Assembly (NCBI GenBank): GCA_963662405.2
Contig: CAXXKT010000001.1
Span: forward strand, 1,088,001-1,152,000
Source: Syntrophales bacterium
Lineage (GTDB): Bacteria; Desulfobacterota; Syntrophia; Syntrophales; UBA2210
Length of the DNA stretch: 64,000 nt
Direction of reading: 5' to 3'
This document shows positions 1 through 10,714 of the stretch, piece after piece. The position numbers and the translations under genes were made by a program. The notes below the pieces were generated by a model that made no database searches, was not told where the DNA came from, and saw only the letters and a program-made list of their open reading frames with translations. Numbering within the stretch: position 1 is the stretch's first letter; every line of letters begins with the position of its first letter.

Positions 1-1
1 G

Positions 2-163
2 GAACAGTACGAACGTCTGGTCGCCGAGGGAAAGCTGGACGAATTGAAACGGGACCATCCGGGTATATTCACCAAGCTTGTGTCATCTGTCTTCGGATTG
101 GCGAGTCTCATCCTCGGCCTCCTCCTCGCCGTTATCATTCTCTGGTCGCTCATATTCCTGTAA
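2..163 (+). CDS. Partial CDS (3' end) of a membrane protein, possibly a cytochrome b/multiheme cytochrome fusion
   Basis: Open frame from the window edge, EQYERLVAEGKLDELKRDHPG..., followed by a hydrophobic helix and TAA at 161-163. The family guess is from recall of the 'EYERL..EGKL' tail. Confidence 0.55.
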   Translation, partial: EQYERLVAEGKLDELKRDHPGIFTKLVSSVFGLASLILGLLLAVIILWSLIFL

Positions 164-518
164 GGAGCGAGGAGGCATTGCCTCAGTCCACCGATACCGC
201 CCAAACGCCGATGTCCTTCACGTTTGTTCAGCCAAACAAGGCATTCGCGGTCTGCCACAGGAGTTTCAGAGTGACAGGCTGGACGTCCGTGGTTCCATGG
301 GGCTGGAGTCGTTGCTGGACGAGGGCATGTCTCTTTTGATAGGCCCTGGAGGGAAGAAAGATAGAGCAGTTCGAATTGGCGAGTGTCGGAACCGTCATAT
401 GAAATACCATTCGTATACGCACTCATAGCTACTATACACTCTCGCCAAGGGAAAAGACCGAGGCCCCCGACCGCCTTCTTGTTCGAAAGTACTGGTTGTC
501 TTGTGGGGTAGTCGCCTC

Positions 519-611
519 CTATGAGATCGTCTCGCCTATAATCTCCGTAACCGGCTTGATATCATGGATGAGAGCACCCACCTGCCCGTCTCCGGCAACG
601 ACGGCAACCAT
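519..611 (-). pseudogene. Remnant resembling the C-terminus of a nitronate monooxygenase/FabK-family flavoprotein
   Basis: Translates as MVAVVAGDGQVGALIHDIKPVTEIIGETIS*, similar to the 'GQVAGLI.DIKPV.EII' terminal motif. No upstream gene body is visible. Confidence 0.4.
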
Positions 612-939
612 GGTGGGATTGTTCGTGGAACCTGGTCGGCATCCCCATATATCGGACAGAAGGATACCCCCTTTCCGATTGAGCGATGGTTTCGTTCATC
701 ACCACCCCGGGCTCTCATCGTGCACAGGTGATCGGTGCCGGATCAAGGGATTTATATGGCACGCAAAGTTTTTTTGATTGAATGCAGCACCAATATCTGT
801 TATCATATGTTACCCCGTATGAAAGAATTTCAATGTGTTTCGCATCAGTTCGGCTGAGGTCGTTTTATTTTGTATACAATAGGTATGTCGGTGTGTCGTA
901 CACGGCCGGATACTCGCCATTCTACAAGGAAGGGAACCC

Positions 940-2412
940 ATGATTACATCAGCTGAAGATAGTCCTCTCTTTCGTATCGCCAATCCCCGAAGCATCGCCT
1001 GTTTCGGCGCCTCGAACAATTTTATGCGGATGGGATCCATCATGCTGTCATCCTTAGAGGCCCTCGGGTATGAAGGGGCAATCTATCCGATCCATCTTTC
1101 AGACGAAAAGGTGCGCGGGCACACGGCGTACAAGAGTGTCCTTGATCTCCCCGAAATACCCGACCTGGCAATCATTGTCCTCCCCACAGAGGTAGTCTGC
1201 GAGGCGATGGAAGAATGCGGCAAAAAGGGGGTCCGAAATGCAATCGTCGTATCCGGCGGGTTTCGGGAGGCCGGCGCCGAGGGCGCCGCGATGCAGAAGG
1301 ATCTTGAACGAATCGCCGCCGATTACGGGATCAGATTCCTGGGGCCCAACTGTCTCGGGGTGGCGAATCCGCATATCAAATTGAACCCGACCCCGCTCCC
1401 GGCCGAAGGCCCTCCGGGGTTTGTCGGTCTGGCGTCTCAGAGCGGGAGCTTTATCACCCAGATGTTCAACTATCTCCACCGCCACGGCTTGGGGTTCAGC
1501 ACCGCCCTGAGTGTCGGGAACGAGGCAAACATCGATATCGTCGATTGCATGGAATACCTCGGGAACTGCCCGAACACGAAGGTGATTGCCCTGTATGTCG
1601 AAGGGATCACCCGCGGGCGGGCCTTCATAGAAGCGGCACGGGCGATTACTCCCCGCAAGCCGATCGTGGCCCTCTATGTAGGCGGTTCCGAGGCGGGCAA
1701 GCAGGCGGGACTGTCGCATACCGGTTCCATGGCCGGTCCGGACGAGATTTACGATGGCATGTTCCGCCAGAGCGGTATCGTCCGGGCGCACAACCTCTCG
1801 GAACTCTTCGATTTCTGTCAGGCCCTGGGGACCCTCCCCCGGCCGGGGGGAAACCGGGTGATCGTCCAGACCCACTCGGGAGGACCGGGTGCCGTTGCCG
1901 CCGACGCCCTCGGGCGCGCGGGACTTTCTCTCCCCAGCCTCTCGGAAAGCACCATCACGAAACTGCGGGAGGTCATACCGAAGACGGCCAGCACGAACAA
2001 TCCGGTGGATATGACCTTCAGCAAAAACCCCATGGATGATTTTCACCGAATACCGAATATTCTTTTGCAGGAAGAAAATGCCGACATGCTCCTCGTCTAT
2101 TTCCTGGCGCCGAATGTCTTTATCGAACGAGGGATGCGGAACAGGGGTGCTTCCCCTGACACGATCCGGGAAGAGGTGAGCAAGCTAATCGATCAGAATA
2201 TGAAGGCCTTTTTCAACCTCACGAAACAGTATGACAAACCGGTTATCGGGTATACCTATCGGAGTCTCCAGGAACAAATGGCGCAAGGTCTCTTGGAACG
2301 GGGTGTCCCAATTTATCAGGGACCTGAGCGCGCGGCGCGGGCCATGGCCGCCCTGCTTGCCTACTATCGGATGCGTGACAACCTCGTGTCACAGACAACG
2401 CCCGATCGTTAA
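940..2412 (+). CDS. ADP-forming acyl-CoA synthetase, alpha-subunit type (CoA-binding protein)
   Basis: NPRSIACFGAS CoA-binding start, LGPNCLG, SQSG, SVGNEA and phospho-His motif SHTGSMAG. No ATP-grasp domain. Confidence 0.9.
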   Translation: MITSAEDSPLFRIANPRSIACFGASNNFMRMGSIMLSSLEALGYEGAIYPIHLSDEKVRGHTAYKSVLDLPEIPDLAIIVLPTEVVCEAMEECGKKGVRNAIVVSGGFREAGAEGAAMQKDLERIAADYGIRFLGPNCLGVANPHIKLNPTPLPAEGPPGFVGLASQSGSFITQMFNYLHRHGLGFSTALSVGNEANIDIVDCMEYLGNCPNTKVIALYVEGITRGRAFIEAARAITPRKPIVALYVGGSEAGKQAGLSHTGSMAGPDEIYDGMFRQSGIVRAHNLSELFDFCQALGTLPRPGGNRVIVQTHSGGPGAVAADALGRAGLSLPSLSESTITKLREVIPKTASTNNPVDMTFSKNPMDDFHRIPNILLQEENADMLLVYFLAPNVFIERGMRNRGASPDTIREEVSKLIDQNMKAFFNLTKQYDKPVIGYTYRSLQEQMAQGLLERGVPIYQGPERAARAMAALLAYYRMRDNLVSQTTPDR

Positions 2413-3302
2413 TCGGCCGTTAGTGAACCGCGTTGTTGCATGGTAACTTCGAGGCGCCGCATCACCAGCGAACAGGAAAAGGTCAGGCCGAAGTAGAGCG
2501 CCGTAATGGTGATCCAGATCTCGAAGGTCAGATAGGTGGCCGCCATTAGTTCCATCCCCTGGAAGGTCAGCTCCTGGATAGAGATGACGGAGACGATGGC
2601 GGAATCCTTGATGGTCGATATGAGTTGACCGGCGAGGGGCGGGAGCATCCGCGGGATCGCCTGGGGGAAGATCACGAACCGCATCTGCTGCCGCCGCGTC
2701 AACCCCGCGGCCGTCGAGGCCTCCCACTGTCCCCTCTCGATCGATTGGATACCCCCCCTGATAATTTCGGTCATGTAAGCCCCCTCGTAGATTACCATGG
2801 TCAGAAGTGCCGACAGAAAGGCGTTGAACCGGCCTGGCGGGGCGAAGAGGAAGGAGATCAGGGCCTGAGTCCCGTCGGAGCGGGAGAGAATCCACGCATC
2901 GATCCGCAGGGCGGTCATGATCTGATTACTGATGAAGAAATAAAAGAGAAAAACCAAGACGAGGGGAGGGACATTCCGGATCAATTCGACATAGGTCCTT
3001 CCCACCATGCGTCTGAAGAGGCTTCCGCTGATCCTGAGGAAACCCATTGCCGCCCCGAGGGGGAGGGCGAGAAGGGTGGCCCAGATGCTGAGTCTGATCG
3101 TGGTCAGAAATCCCTCCATGAGGAGGTTTGTCACCCACCGTCCCTTCTCGGGATCATACCGGAAGAGGTAAAGGGGGATAACGGACCAGTTCCACTGATA
3201 CTGGAGAACCGCGATGGTCCGGTGTGCGAGATAGGAGACGATCGCCACCAGGAGGAGGGTGACAGCGATATCAAGTCGGGTGAGAAAAGGTTTTCTGTTC
3301 AC
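2409..3302 (-). CDS. Polar amino-acid ABC transporter permease
   Basis: YVELIRNVPPLV, EAA loop (SIERGQWEASTAAG), STIKDSAIVS. Confidence 0.92.
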   Translation of the reverse strand: MNRKPFLTRLDIAVTLLLVAIVSYLAHRTIAVLQYQWNWSVIPLYLFRYDPEKGRWVTNLLMEGFLTTIRLSIWATLLALPLGAAMGFLRISGSLFRRMVGRTYVELIRNVPPLVLVFLFYFFISNQIMTALRIDAWILSRSDGTQALISFLFAPPGRFNAFLSALLTMVIYEGAYMTEIIRGGIQSIERGQWEASTAAGLTRRQQMRFVIFPQAIPRMLPPLAGQLISTIKDSAIVSVISIQELTFQGMELMAATYLTFEIWITITALYFGLTFSCSLVMRRLEVTMQQRGSLTAD

Positions 3303-3345
3303 GACGGCGTATCATCCCCCGCTTGTGTATTACAGATGAGCATTC

Positions 3346-4179
3346 CTACCGGATCAGATGCTCCCAGTCCCTCGTTTCAAACCAGTAATGCTGCCGTTCT
3401 TTGAGCCACCCTTCCGCATCGACCACGCGAATCCAGTTGTCGAAGAAGTTCAGGGTGTCGATATCCCCCTTCCGGATCGCGAATCCGTTGGGTTCTCTGG
3501 TGAAGCTTCCCTCCAATGGGAGAAAGAGCTTGTCGGGATACTTGATTGCCTGAAAGGCCGGGAGCGGTGCCGAGGCCACCAGGGCATGCACCCGTCCGTT
3601 GAGGAGTTCCTGGACCGCCTGTGCCTCATCATCGAAGAGACGGAGCCGGGCACGAGGCATGTGCTTCTTGGCTGCTGTCGCGGCGGTGGTGCCGATCCGT
3701 GCGGCGATCGAGACAGCGGAACGATTGAATGCCTGAAGGGTGTCGAACCCGGCGGCCTGTTCCCTGCTGGCGAGGAGCGACATCCCCGAATAGTTGTACG
3801 GGATGGAGAAGTTGACCTTCTGATTACGATCAGGGCGGATCCCCATTCCTCCGATAATGACGTCGAATTTCCCCGTCAGGAGCGCCGGAATGATCCCTGA
3901 CCACTTGGTGGGAACGAAATTAATCTTCACCCCCATGTCGGCCGCGAGTCTCGACGCCACGTCGATCTCGAAACCGATGAATCTTCCCGTCTTGTCCTTC
4001 ATGGCCCAGGGGACAAAGGTCGACATCCCGACATTGAGAACGCCGCGCCGCATCACCTGCTCGATCGTGCTCTCGGCGACCAGTTCTTGCCTGACTCCCT
4101 CGGCGAAGGCGGTCTGTTGCATTGCGACCGCCAAGACAATGATGACCATGTACCGGATGACAATTCGTGTCTGTTTCAT
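3346..4179 (-). CDS. Polar amino-acid ABC transporter substrate-binding protein
   Basis: Signal peptide; GFEIDVA and LLTGKFDVIIGGM motifs of SBP family 3. Confidence 0.92.
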   Translation of the reverse strand: MKQTRIVIRYMVIIVLAVAMQQTAFAEGVRQELVAESTIEQVMRRGVLNVGMSTFVPWAMKDKTGRFIGFEIDVASRLAADMGVKINFVPTKWSGIIPALLTGKFDVIIGGMGIRPDRNQKVNFSIPYNYSGMSLLASREQAAGFDTLQAFNRSAVSIAARIGTTAATAAKKHMPRARLRLFDDEAQAVQELLNGRVHALVASAPLPAFQAIKYPDKLFLPLEGSFTREPNGFAIRKGDIDTLNFFDNWIRVVDAEGWLKERQHYWFETRDWEHLIR

Positions 4180-4217
4180 CTTTTCTCTCCCCTATGCGAT
4201 GGTATCACACCCTACCC

Positions 4218-5015
4218 TTATCCTTGTGGAACCTTTCTCACGCGGAGGCGTCCCTCGACCCGGTGAATGAGGTATGAGATGCTGGCGGTCATGATAAAGT
4301 AGATTGCGGCAACGGTAAACCAGACCTCAAAGGTCAGGAAGGTCTCCGCTATGATAGCCTGCCCCTGCATGGTCAGGTCGTAGATAGCGATGGTACTGAC
4401 CAGGGCGGAATCCTTGATCAGCGAGATTACCTGCCCTGTCAGTGGGGGAAGGATCCGTCTGATCGCCTGCGGAATGATAACATGACGGTAGACACCGGCA
4501 CGAGTCATGCCGAGGCTGGAGGCCGCCTCCCACTGCCCCCGCTCAATGGAGACGATGCCCGCGCGGAAGATCTCCGACATATAGGCGCCCTCAAAGAGAC
4601 TGAGGGACAGGATCGCCGACGTAAAGGCGTTAATCTCGATGACCGGTGCGATGACAAAGTAGATGAAGAATATTTGGACCAGAAGCGGCGTATTCCGGAT
4701 GGACTCGAGATAGACCCGCGCCACCCCCCGCGCGACGAGGGAATCGGAAAGCCTGAAAAGGGCGGTGGTAATCCCGAAGGCGAGGGCGAAGATCATCCCG
4801 GCGGCGGTGATCCGGACGGTCATCCACAGCCCCTGGAGAAGGGGGCCGGCAGCCCCGTTGCTCCACAGGTAACGGGGGATACGGTACCACTGCCAGTGAT
4901 ACCCGAGGCGCTCCGTTCCGATCGCCAATCCGATGATAATCAGCCCGGTAAGCAGAAGGTACTTGACCACATCCAGCACTGTACGTGCCGGGACGGAAGA
5001 TATGCGTCGCGCCAT
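4218..5015 (-). CDS. Polar amino-acid ABC transporter permease
   Basis: YLESIRNTPLLVQ, SIERGQWEAASSLG, SLIKDSALVS. Start placed at the ATG at 5015. Confidence 0.9.
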   Translation of the reverse strand: MARRISSVPARTVLDVVKYLLLTGLIIIGLAIGTERLGYHWQWYRIPRYLWSNGAAGPLLQGLWMTVRITAAGMIFALAFGITTALFRLSDSLVARGVARVYLESIRNTPLLVQIFFIYFVIAPVIEINAFTSAILSLSLFEGAYMSEIFRAGIVSIERGQWEAASSLGMTRAGVYRHVIIPQAIRRILPPLTGQVISLIKDSALVSTIAIYDLTMQGQAIIAETFLTFEVWFTVAAIYFIMTASISYLIHRVEGRLRVRKVPQG

Positions 5016-5101
5016 GGGTGCTCTTTCATCATACCATGAGAGATTCACCACCTGACACAACATACAGATTTCGTTTCAATTGCGCAACAGAGAGATGGCC
5101 G

Positions 5102-6577
5102 TTACGCAGTTTTTGCTCCCGAAGTCGGCAGATTGAGAAAATGCCGGTAGTTGACCATCCGCATGAGGGCGCGGACGGCCCGCTCCGGTGTGGGGTATGA
5201 GACCACCTGGTGATTCATCAGATCCGACTTATGGTTATCGTATTCTCCCAGGGTGACCACGATGATCGGTTTTCCCGTTTTTTCGACCAGTCGCCGGGTT
5301 TCATTCAGGACGACATCGTCCTGTGCGGTGTATCCCTTTGCGAATTCCCGGGCGAAGGCGAGGGTTTCTTTCAGTTCTTTGGGTCCTTCCACGTTGTTTT
5401 TAAAGTCCATGGCACTCTGGATAGAGCCGCCCAGGGCTATGACGGAGTCGATCTCGTCCCATTCGGCCAGTACTTCCAAACACTTCAGATACGGTTCCGG
5501 CGTGATGACCGCCGCCATATCGACGGGGTTGCCATGACTCCAGTAAGGGGGGAGGACCGTGTTCAGTCGTTCGATGATCTCAGGCGAGAGTTTCGGTACG
5601 ACGAGGCCGTTTTCTTCGCAGGTATCGGCGGTGATGACCCCCCAGCCGCCGCCACGGGTCAGGATCCCCACACGATTACCGCGGGGAATCGGATAGGTGG
5701 AAAATGCCTTCGCGCAATCCGTGAGTCCCTGACTGTCCTCGAGTTCGATGATACCTGCCTGGCGGAAGGCCGCCCGCAGGACCCGCGATGAGACGGCCAT
5801 TGCCCCGCTGTGCGAGGCCGCGGCTGTGCCGCCTGTTTGTGTCCTTCCACCTTTAAATATCAGGACCGGTTTTTTTCGACATACCTCTCGGGCCACCTGA
5901 TATAGCTTGGAGTCGGTATCCAGTCCCTCCATGTAGGCGAGGATCACCTTTGTGTTCGGGTCCTCGGCAAAGTAGGCAAGATAATCCTCACACTTCAGAT
6001 CTCCCTCGTTCCCGCTGCTGACGAATTTTTCGTATCCGATTCCCTTGTTGTTTCCCCAGTAGAGCATCTGGACACCCACATTGCCGCTCTGTGAAAACAT
6101 CGATATTCCCCCGTGAAGTGGAACGACCGGGGGCATCAGGGCGTGGAGGCTGGACCGGGCGCCAAAGACCCCCATGGTATTGGGACCCACGAGATTGATC
6201 CCGTGCTCACGGGCCTTCGACACGATCTCCTCTTCCATCCGGGCACCTTCGGGACCCGTTTCACTGAAACCGGAGGTGATGACGACCACGTTTCCTACTC
6301 CCTTCCGGCCGCATTCGTCTATCAGTGCCGAAACGGTCGGTGCCGGGGTGGTGATGATGGCCAGATCGACCGTTCCCGGAATTGCCTCGAGAGACGGGTA
6401 GCAGCGAACTCCCAGAATCGACTCCAGTTTGGGATTGACCGGATAGACCTCTCCTTTGAAGCCCTCCTTCAGGATATTCAATAGGACGATAAACCCCCAT
6501 TTTACGGGGGTTGCGGAGGCCCCTATCATCGCGATACTCTCCGGGTTGAAGAGCCTGTCAAGATTTCTGTGCTGCAT
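5102..6577 (-). CDS. ADP-forming acyl-CoA synthetase, alpha-subunit type
   Basis: LFNPESIAMIGAS, VGPNTMG, SQSGNVG, SSGNEGD, SHSGAMA. AAGGAG RBS before the ATG at 6577. Confidence 0.9.
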   Translation of the reverse strand: MQHRNLDRLFNPESIAMIGASATPVKWGFIVLLNILKEGFKGEVYPVNPKLESILGVRCYPSLEAIPGTVDLAIITTPAPTVSALIDECGRKGVGNVVVITSGFSETGPEGARMEEEIVSKAREHGINLVGPNTMGVFGARSSLHALMPPVVPLHGGISMFSQSGNVGVQMLYWGNNKGIGYEKFVSSGNEGDLKCEDYLAYFAEDPNTKVILAYMEGLDTDSKLYQVAREVCRKKPVLIFKGGRTQTGGTAAASHSGAMAVSSRVLRAAFRQAGIIELEDSQGLTDCAKAFSTYPIPRGNRVGILTRGGGWGVITADTCEENGLVVPKLSPEIIERLNTVLPPYWSHGNPVDMAAVITPEPYLKCLEVLAEWDEIDSVIALGGSIQSAMDFKNNVEGPKELKETLAFAREFAKGYTAQDDVVLNETRRLVEKTGKPIIVVTLGEYDNHKSDLMNHQVVSYPTPERAVRALMRMVNYRHFLNLPTSGAKTA

Positions 6578-6613
6578 CGTGTTACTCCTTGATGGGGTTT
6601 TTAACCCTCCTAT

Positions 6614-6652
6614 AAAATAACAGACCCCCTCCCGTGGCGGGAGAGGGTCTGT
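6614..6652 (-). terminator. Putative intrinsic terminator after the acyl-CoA dehydrogenase
   Basis: Stem acagaccc(c)ctcccg/cgggag(a)gggtctgt followed by a U-rich tract on the minus strand. Confidence 0.55.
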
Positions 6653-6720
6653 ATCAGATCTCGTGCCTGATGTCAAATACGAGATGCCACCAGAGAAAAT
6701 ATCATTCGTTTCGTATCTAT

Positions 6721-8526
6721 CTACTCATTGAAACTATTTTCCGCTATATCGACCGTCAGGCCGTCCGCCTCCGTCAGGACCGTAGCGAGGCCCTTAATCT
6801 TGGGAAGCTCGTACCCGAAGTGGTACCGCATGGTAACGAGTTTGCCCTGATAAAAATCGACGTTTTCGGGAGGCGCACCACTATCCAGGGCCTTCTGGGC
6901 GACGATCGCCTGCTTGAGCCACTGCCAGGCGATGGCGATGTACCCGAAGAACTCCAGATACACGGTGGCGTCGGCAAGGAAATAATCGGGCCCTTTGTTC
7001 GCTGCGATATCCATCATGTGACGGGTGACCTCCTGTTGGGTCCCCATCGCCTCTTTCAGGGCCTGGGCGTACTTCTTCAGGGGTTCCAGTGCTTCGGCCT
7101 CAGCGATGGTCTTCATGACCTCGTCCGCGTAAAGCTGCGCAGCCTTGCCCTTTTTCATCGTCATCTTCCGGCCGAGGAGATCCTGCCCCTGTACCCCTGT
7201 CGATCCCTCATGAATCGGATGGATACGCACATCGCGATAATGCTGTTCCAGGGGGAATTCCTCGCAGTAGCCGTATCCGCCCAGGCACTGGAGCCCGGCG
7301 CTCGTGGAGAGGATACCCATCTCGGAGGGATAGGTCTTGGCCACCGGCGTTAGGAGTTCGAGGAGTAAGTTATATTTTTCCTTTTCTTCCCCTTCGGTCA
7401 CGTGCTCGAGATCGTGGTAGATCGCGCATTGTGTCAGGAGGGAGATCGATCCCTCTACGATAGCACGTTGCAGGAGGAGAAGGCGCCTGATATCGCTGTG
7501 CTCGATGATCGGGACCTGGGGCGTCAAGGGATCTTTCTGGGAGAGTCTGCGTCCCTGAAGCCGTTCCTTTGTATACTGAAGCGACGCGTAGTATGCAGCC
7601 GAGGCGACTCCGGATGCCTCGAGACCGACACCGATACGTGCTCCGTTCATCATCTGGAACATATAGGCCAATCCCCTGTTCGGCTCCCCGACGAGCCAGC
7701 CGCGACAGTCATCCTCTTCGCCCAGACTGAGCTGGACGATGGGCGAACCGCGGTATCCCATCTTGTGATAGATCCCCGCTGAATGGACATCGTTGAATTC
7801 GAGCCCGCCATCAGCGGTGTATCGTTCCCGCGGAACCACAAAGAGGGAGATCCCTTTCACGCCCGCCGGTGCCCCCTTAATCTTTCCCAAGAGCAGGTGA
7901 ACGAAATTGTCGGCGCCGTCGTGGTCGGCTGCGGAGATGAAGATCTTCTGTCCTTTTACTTTATAGTAACCCTCATCGGTGGGCTCGGCTGTCGTGGCAA
8001 TGTCGGAGAGCGAACTACCCGCCTGGGGTTCCGTCAGGGCCATGGTCCCCTGCCACTCACCCGCCATCATCTTGGGGAGATATTTCTCCTTCATCTCGTC
8101 CGTTCCGAAGGACTGGATCAGACCGGCGGCCCCGGTTGTCAGGGAAGAAAAAACGGAGGCCGAAAAATTGGCGGCGCAGAAGATAAATTCGGCCAGAAGA
8201 TTAATCGTCAAAGGGAGCTGCTGCCCACCCACTTCATAGGGGAATTCGGCACCGATCCATCCGCCCGCTCCACACTCCCGCATGATTGTTCGCACATGGG
8301 GGTGCACCTTGACCCGTCCGTCCACTAACTCCACCGGGAGTCGGTCCATCTCTTCAAAATAAGGGTTGAATAGATCTTCTCCCATCTTGAGGGCCGTATC
8401 GAGGACCATGTCGAATACATCCCTGCTGTGATCGGCATAGTAAGGATACTGGGTCAACTGGCTTACATCAAAGACTTCATGAAGCAAAAACTTAAGATTC
8501 TTGTCACTTACGAACTTTTCAGCCAT
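6721..8526 (-). CDS. Acyl-CoA dehydrogenase (~600-aa type)
   Basis: GTMALTEPQAGS, KGQKIFIS, GGYGY, IHEGSTGVQ. Confidence 0.93.
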   Translation of the reverse strand: MAEKFVSDKNLKFLLHEVFDVSQLTQYPYYADHSRDVFDMVLDTALKMGEDLFNPYFEEMDRLPVELVDGRVKVHPHVRTIMRECGAGGWIGAEFPYEVGGQQLPLTINLLAEFIFCAANFSASVFSSLTTGAAGLIQSFGTDEMKEKYLPKMMAGEWQGTMALTEPQAGSSLSDIATTAEPTDEGYYKVKGQKIFISAADHDGADNFVHLLLGKIKGAPAGVKGISLFVVPRERYTADGGLEFNDVHSAGIYHKMGYRGSPIVQLSLGEEDDCRGWLVGEPNRGLAYMFQMMNGARIGVGLEASGVASAAYYASLQYTKERLQGRRLSQKDPLTPQVPIIEHSDIRRLLLLQRAIVEGSISLLTQCAIYHDLEHVTEGEEKEKYNLLLELLTPVAKTYPSEMGILSTSAGLQCLGGYGYCEEFPLEQHYRDVRIHPIHEGSTGVQGQDLLGRKMTMKKGKAAQLYADEVMKTIAEAEALEPLKKYAQALKEAMGTQQEVTRHMMDIAANKGPDYFLADATVYLEFFGYIAIAWQWLKQAIVAQKALDSGAPPENVDFYQGKLVTMRYHFGYELPKIKGLATVLTEADGLTVDIAENSFNE

Positions 8527-8878
8527 TCTCTCGTCTCCTTAGAATTAGTAGATTTTTCTCTCCTGTACCCGCACCGAATTCCGTATCACAAATTGAAAAA
8601 AGTTCAAAGAGGAAACAACCAATCTTTCATCCCGGAAATCGGCGAGGGTTTCATCCTGCGAATCTCCCGTTTGAAGAAGCGGGATGTCGCTTGTTTTCCC
8701 GCTTGACTTTGCTTGTCAAATAGGAATAATCACATACATATAGCACGCGGTGGGTCGTTGTTTAGGCCGCGTCGCTTCTCATATGTGAATGGGCAGATCC
8801 CGTCAGGGGGAACGGGATGCGCTGCTCTTCTGTTAAGCAATCATCTTCAATACACCCATCTTCGTCAAGGAGGGGCCT

Positions 8879-10663
8879 ATGAATGCAAACGCGGGTAAGC
8901 TGTTTAGCGGTTTGATGGTTTTCGCCCTGGCGCTGATTCTGGGGGGAGGTTTCCTGGCCTCCATGATTCAGACAGGCGGTGGAGATATTGAAGTCAAAGA
9001 TGTACGGTGTGTCGGGCAGAACGGCAGACTGGTCAGCGCCCTGCTTTATATCCCGAAAGGGGTGGACCAGAAGAATCCCGCCCCGGGAATCGTTGCGACG
9101 CACGGCTACATCAACTCGCGCGAGACACAGGATGGCTTCGCCATTGAGTTCGCGCGCCGCGGCTACGTAGTCCTGGCCGTCGACCAACCGGGACACGGCT
9201 ATTCGGACCCGCCGGCCTTCGCCAGCGGCTTCGGCGGGATGGACTCGCTGAAATATCTCCGCTCCTTCGATATCGTCGACAAGGACAATATCGGCCTTGA
9301 GGGGCATTCCATGGGCGGATGGGCCTCCGTCATCGCCGCCGCCGTCAATCCGGGGGGGTATCAGTCCCTGACCCTGGCGAGTTCGTCCACCGGGACCTAT
9401 GGGGCACCTGACGGGACCGCGACCTTTCCGCGCAACATGGCACTCATATTCAGCAGGTATGACGAATTCTCCGGACTGATGTGGGGGAGCCCCGTTCCGG
9501 CGGATGTCGTGAAGACGGAAAAGCTGCAGACAGTCTTCGGGACGACCGAACCGGTGGAAGTGGGCAAACTTTACGGTTCCATTGAAGAAGGGACCGCCCG
9601 GAAGCTGTACCAGCCGAACCTGATTCACCCCCGCACCCATTTCTGCTCGGAGTCGATCGGGAACGCCATCGAGTGGATGCAGATGACACTGAAAGGGGGC
9701 ACAGATATTCCCCCCGCTGATCAGACCTGGTACTGGAAGGAACTCGGGACCTTCATCGCCATGATCGGGATGATCCTCATGCTCTTTCCGCTGGGGAGGT
9801 ATCTCCTCGGGACAGCGTTCTTCAGGGAACTGAACGAAGCCCCCTCCGGGCGCAAGGCACTCTCCGGGTGGGGATGGGGGGTTGGCGCGGTGATCACGGT
9901 TCTCCTCCCGATCCCGGTTTATCTGTGGGCCTGGAGTTTCAACGGCAAGGGGATCGCGAAGGCCACCTATCTCTGGCCGCAGGAGATTACGACGACCATC
10001 ATGTTCTGGGCCTTTACCGTGGGGGTGATCTCTCTGATCCTGTTCCTGTTGTGGCACCTCCTCGGCAACAGGAAGAAGGGGGGCACCATGGCGAGTTATG
10101 GCCTGTCCTGGCAGGATGGTTTACAATGGGGACGGATCGGCAAGTCCTTTCTCCTGGCCTTCGTGGTGGTATTCTTCGCCCACCTCACGCTCATGATCTC
10201 TGACTGGCTGTTCCTGACGGACTACCGCCTCTGGATCTTTGCCATCAAGCCGCTGGATGAGCCCCACTTCGCCATGGTATTGAACTACATAATCCCCTTT
10301 GCCTTCTATTTCCTGATTGCCGGTACCGTCCTCCACGGTCAGCTGCGCCTCGGCCGGAAGGACGGCGGTGACCTGACCGGCTGGGGGGAGATGGCAGTGA
10401 ATATCATCCTCCTCATCGGCGGCTATATCCTGTTCCTCATCTTCCAGTATGCCCCGCTTTTCGGGGGCGGGACGCTGGCGATCCCCGAGGGGCACCTCCT
10501 GGGGATCGTCCTGTGCCAGTTTGTCCCGATCTTCATGATCGTGGCGCTGGTTTCGACCTATTTCTACCGAAAGACCGGTCACATATATGTCGGCGCGTTT
10601 ATCAACGCCATGCTGGTAACCTGGATCGTGGTGGCGGGGCAGGCGACCCACTTCGCCTTCTAG
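8879..10663 (+). CDS. Membrane-anchored alpha/beta hydrolase with a multi-TM C-terminal region
   Basis: HGY oxyanion motif, GHSMGG nucleophile elbow, many C-terminal hydrophobic helices, AAGGAGG RBS. Confidence 0.85.
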   Translation: MNANAGKLFSGLMVFALALILGGGFLASMIQTGGGDIEVKDVRCVGQNGRLVSALLYIPKGVDQKNPAPGIVATHGYINSRETQDGFAIEFARRGYVVLAVDQPGHGYSDPPAFASGFGGMDSLKYLRSFDIVDKDNIGLEGHSMGGWASVIAAAVNPGGYQSLTLASSSTGTYGAPDGTATFPRNMALIFSRYDEFSGLMWGSPVPADVVKTEKLQTVFGTTEPVEVGKLYGSIEEGTARKLYQPNLIHPRTHFCSESIGNAIEWMQMTLKGGTDIPPADQTWYWKELGTFIAMIGMILMLFPLGRYLLGTAFFRELNEAPSGRKALSGWGWGVGAVITVLLPIPVYLWAWSFNGKGIAKATYLWPQEITTTIMFWAFTVGVISLILFLLWHLLGNRKKGGTMASYGLSWQDGLQWGRIGKSFLLAFVVVFFAHLTLMISDWLFLTDYRLWIFAIKPLDEPHFAMVLNYIIPFAFYFLIAGTVLHGQLRLGRKDGGDLTGWGEMAVNIILLIGGYILFLIFQYAPLFGGGTLAIPEGHLLGIVLCQFVPIFMIVALVSTYFYRKTGHIYVGAFINAMLVTWIVVAGQATHFAF

Positions 10664-10714
10664 GAAAGGGACAGGGATAAACGATCAACACACAATCGGT
10701 GCCGTAACCAAATA

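Noticed and set aside
757..771. TGGCACG as a sigma-54 promoter for the first ACD gene
   Set aside because: No GC at the -12 position.
8788..8825. c-di-GMP-I riboswitch-like hairpin upstream of the hydrolase
   Set aside because: It lacks the GCAAAC, GNRA loop and GCAAAG elements; only a simple atcccgt/acgggat stem is present.
8762..10057. Long antisense ORFs (also 1099-2046, 16495-17001, 43855-44625, 51368-52246, 60389-61405)
   Set aside because: They shadow well-supported genes in GC-rich DNA and have no recognisable motifs.
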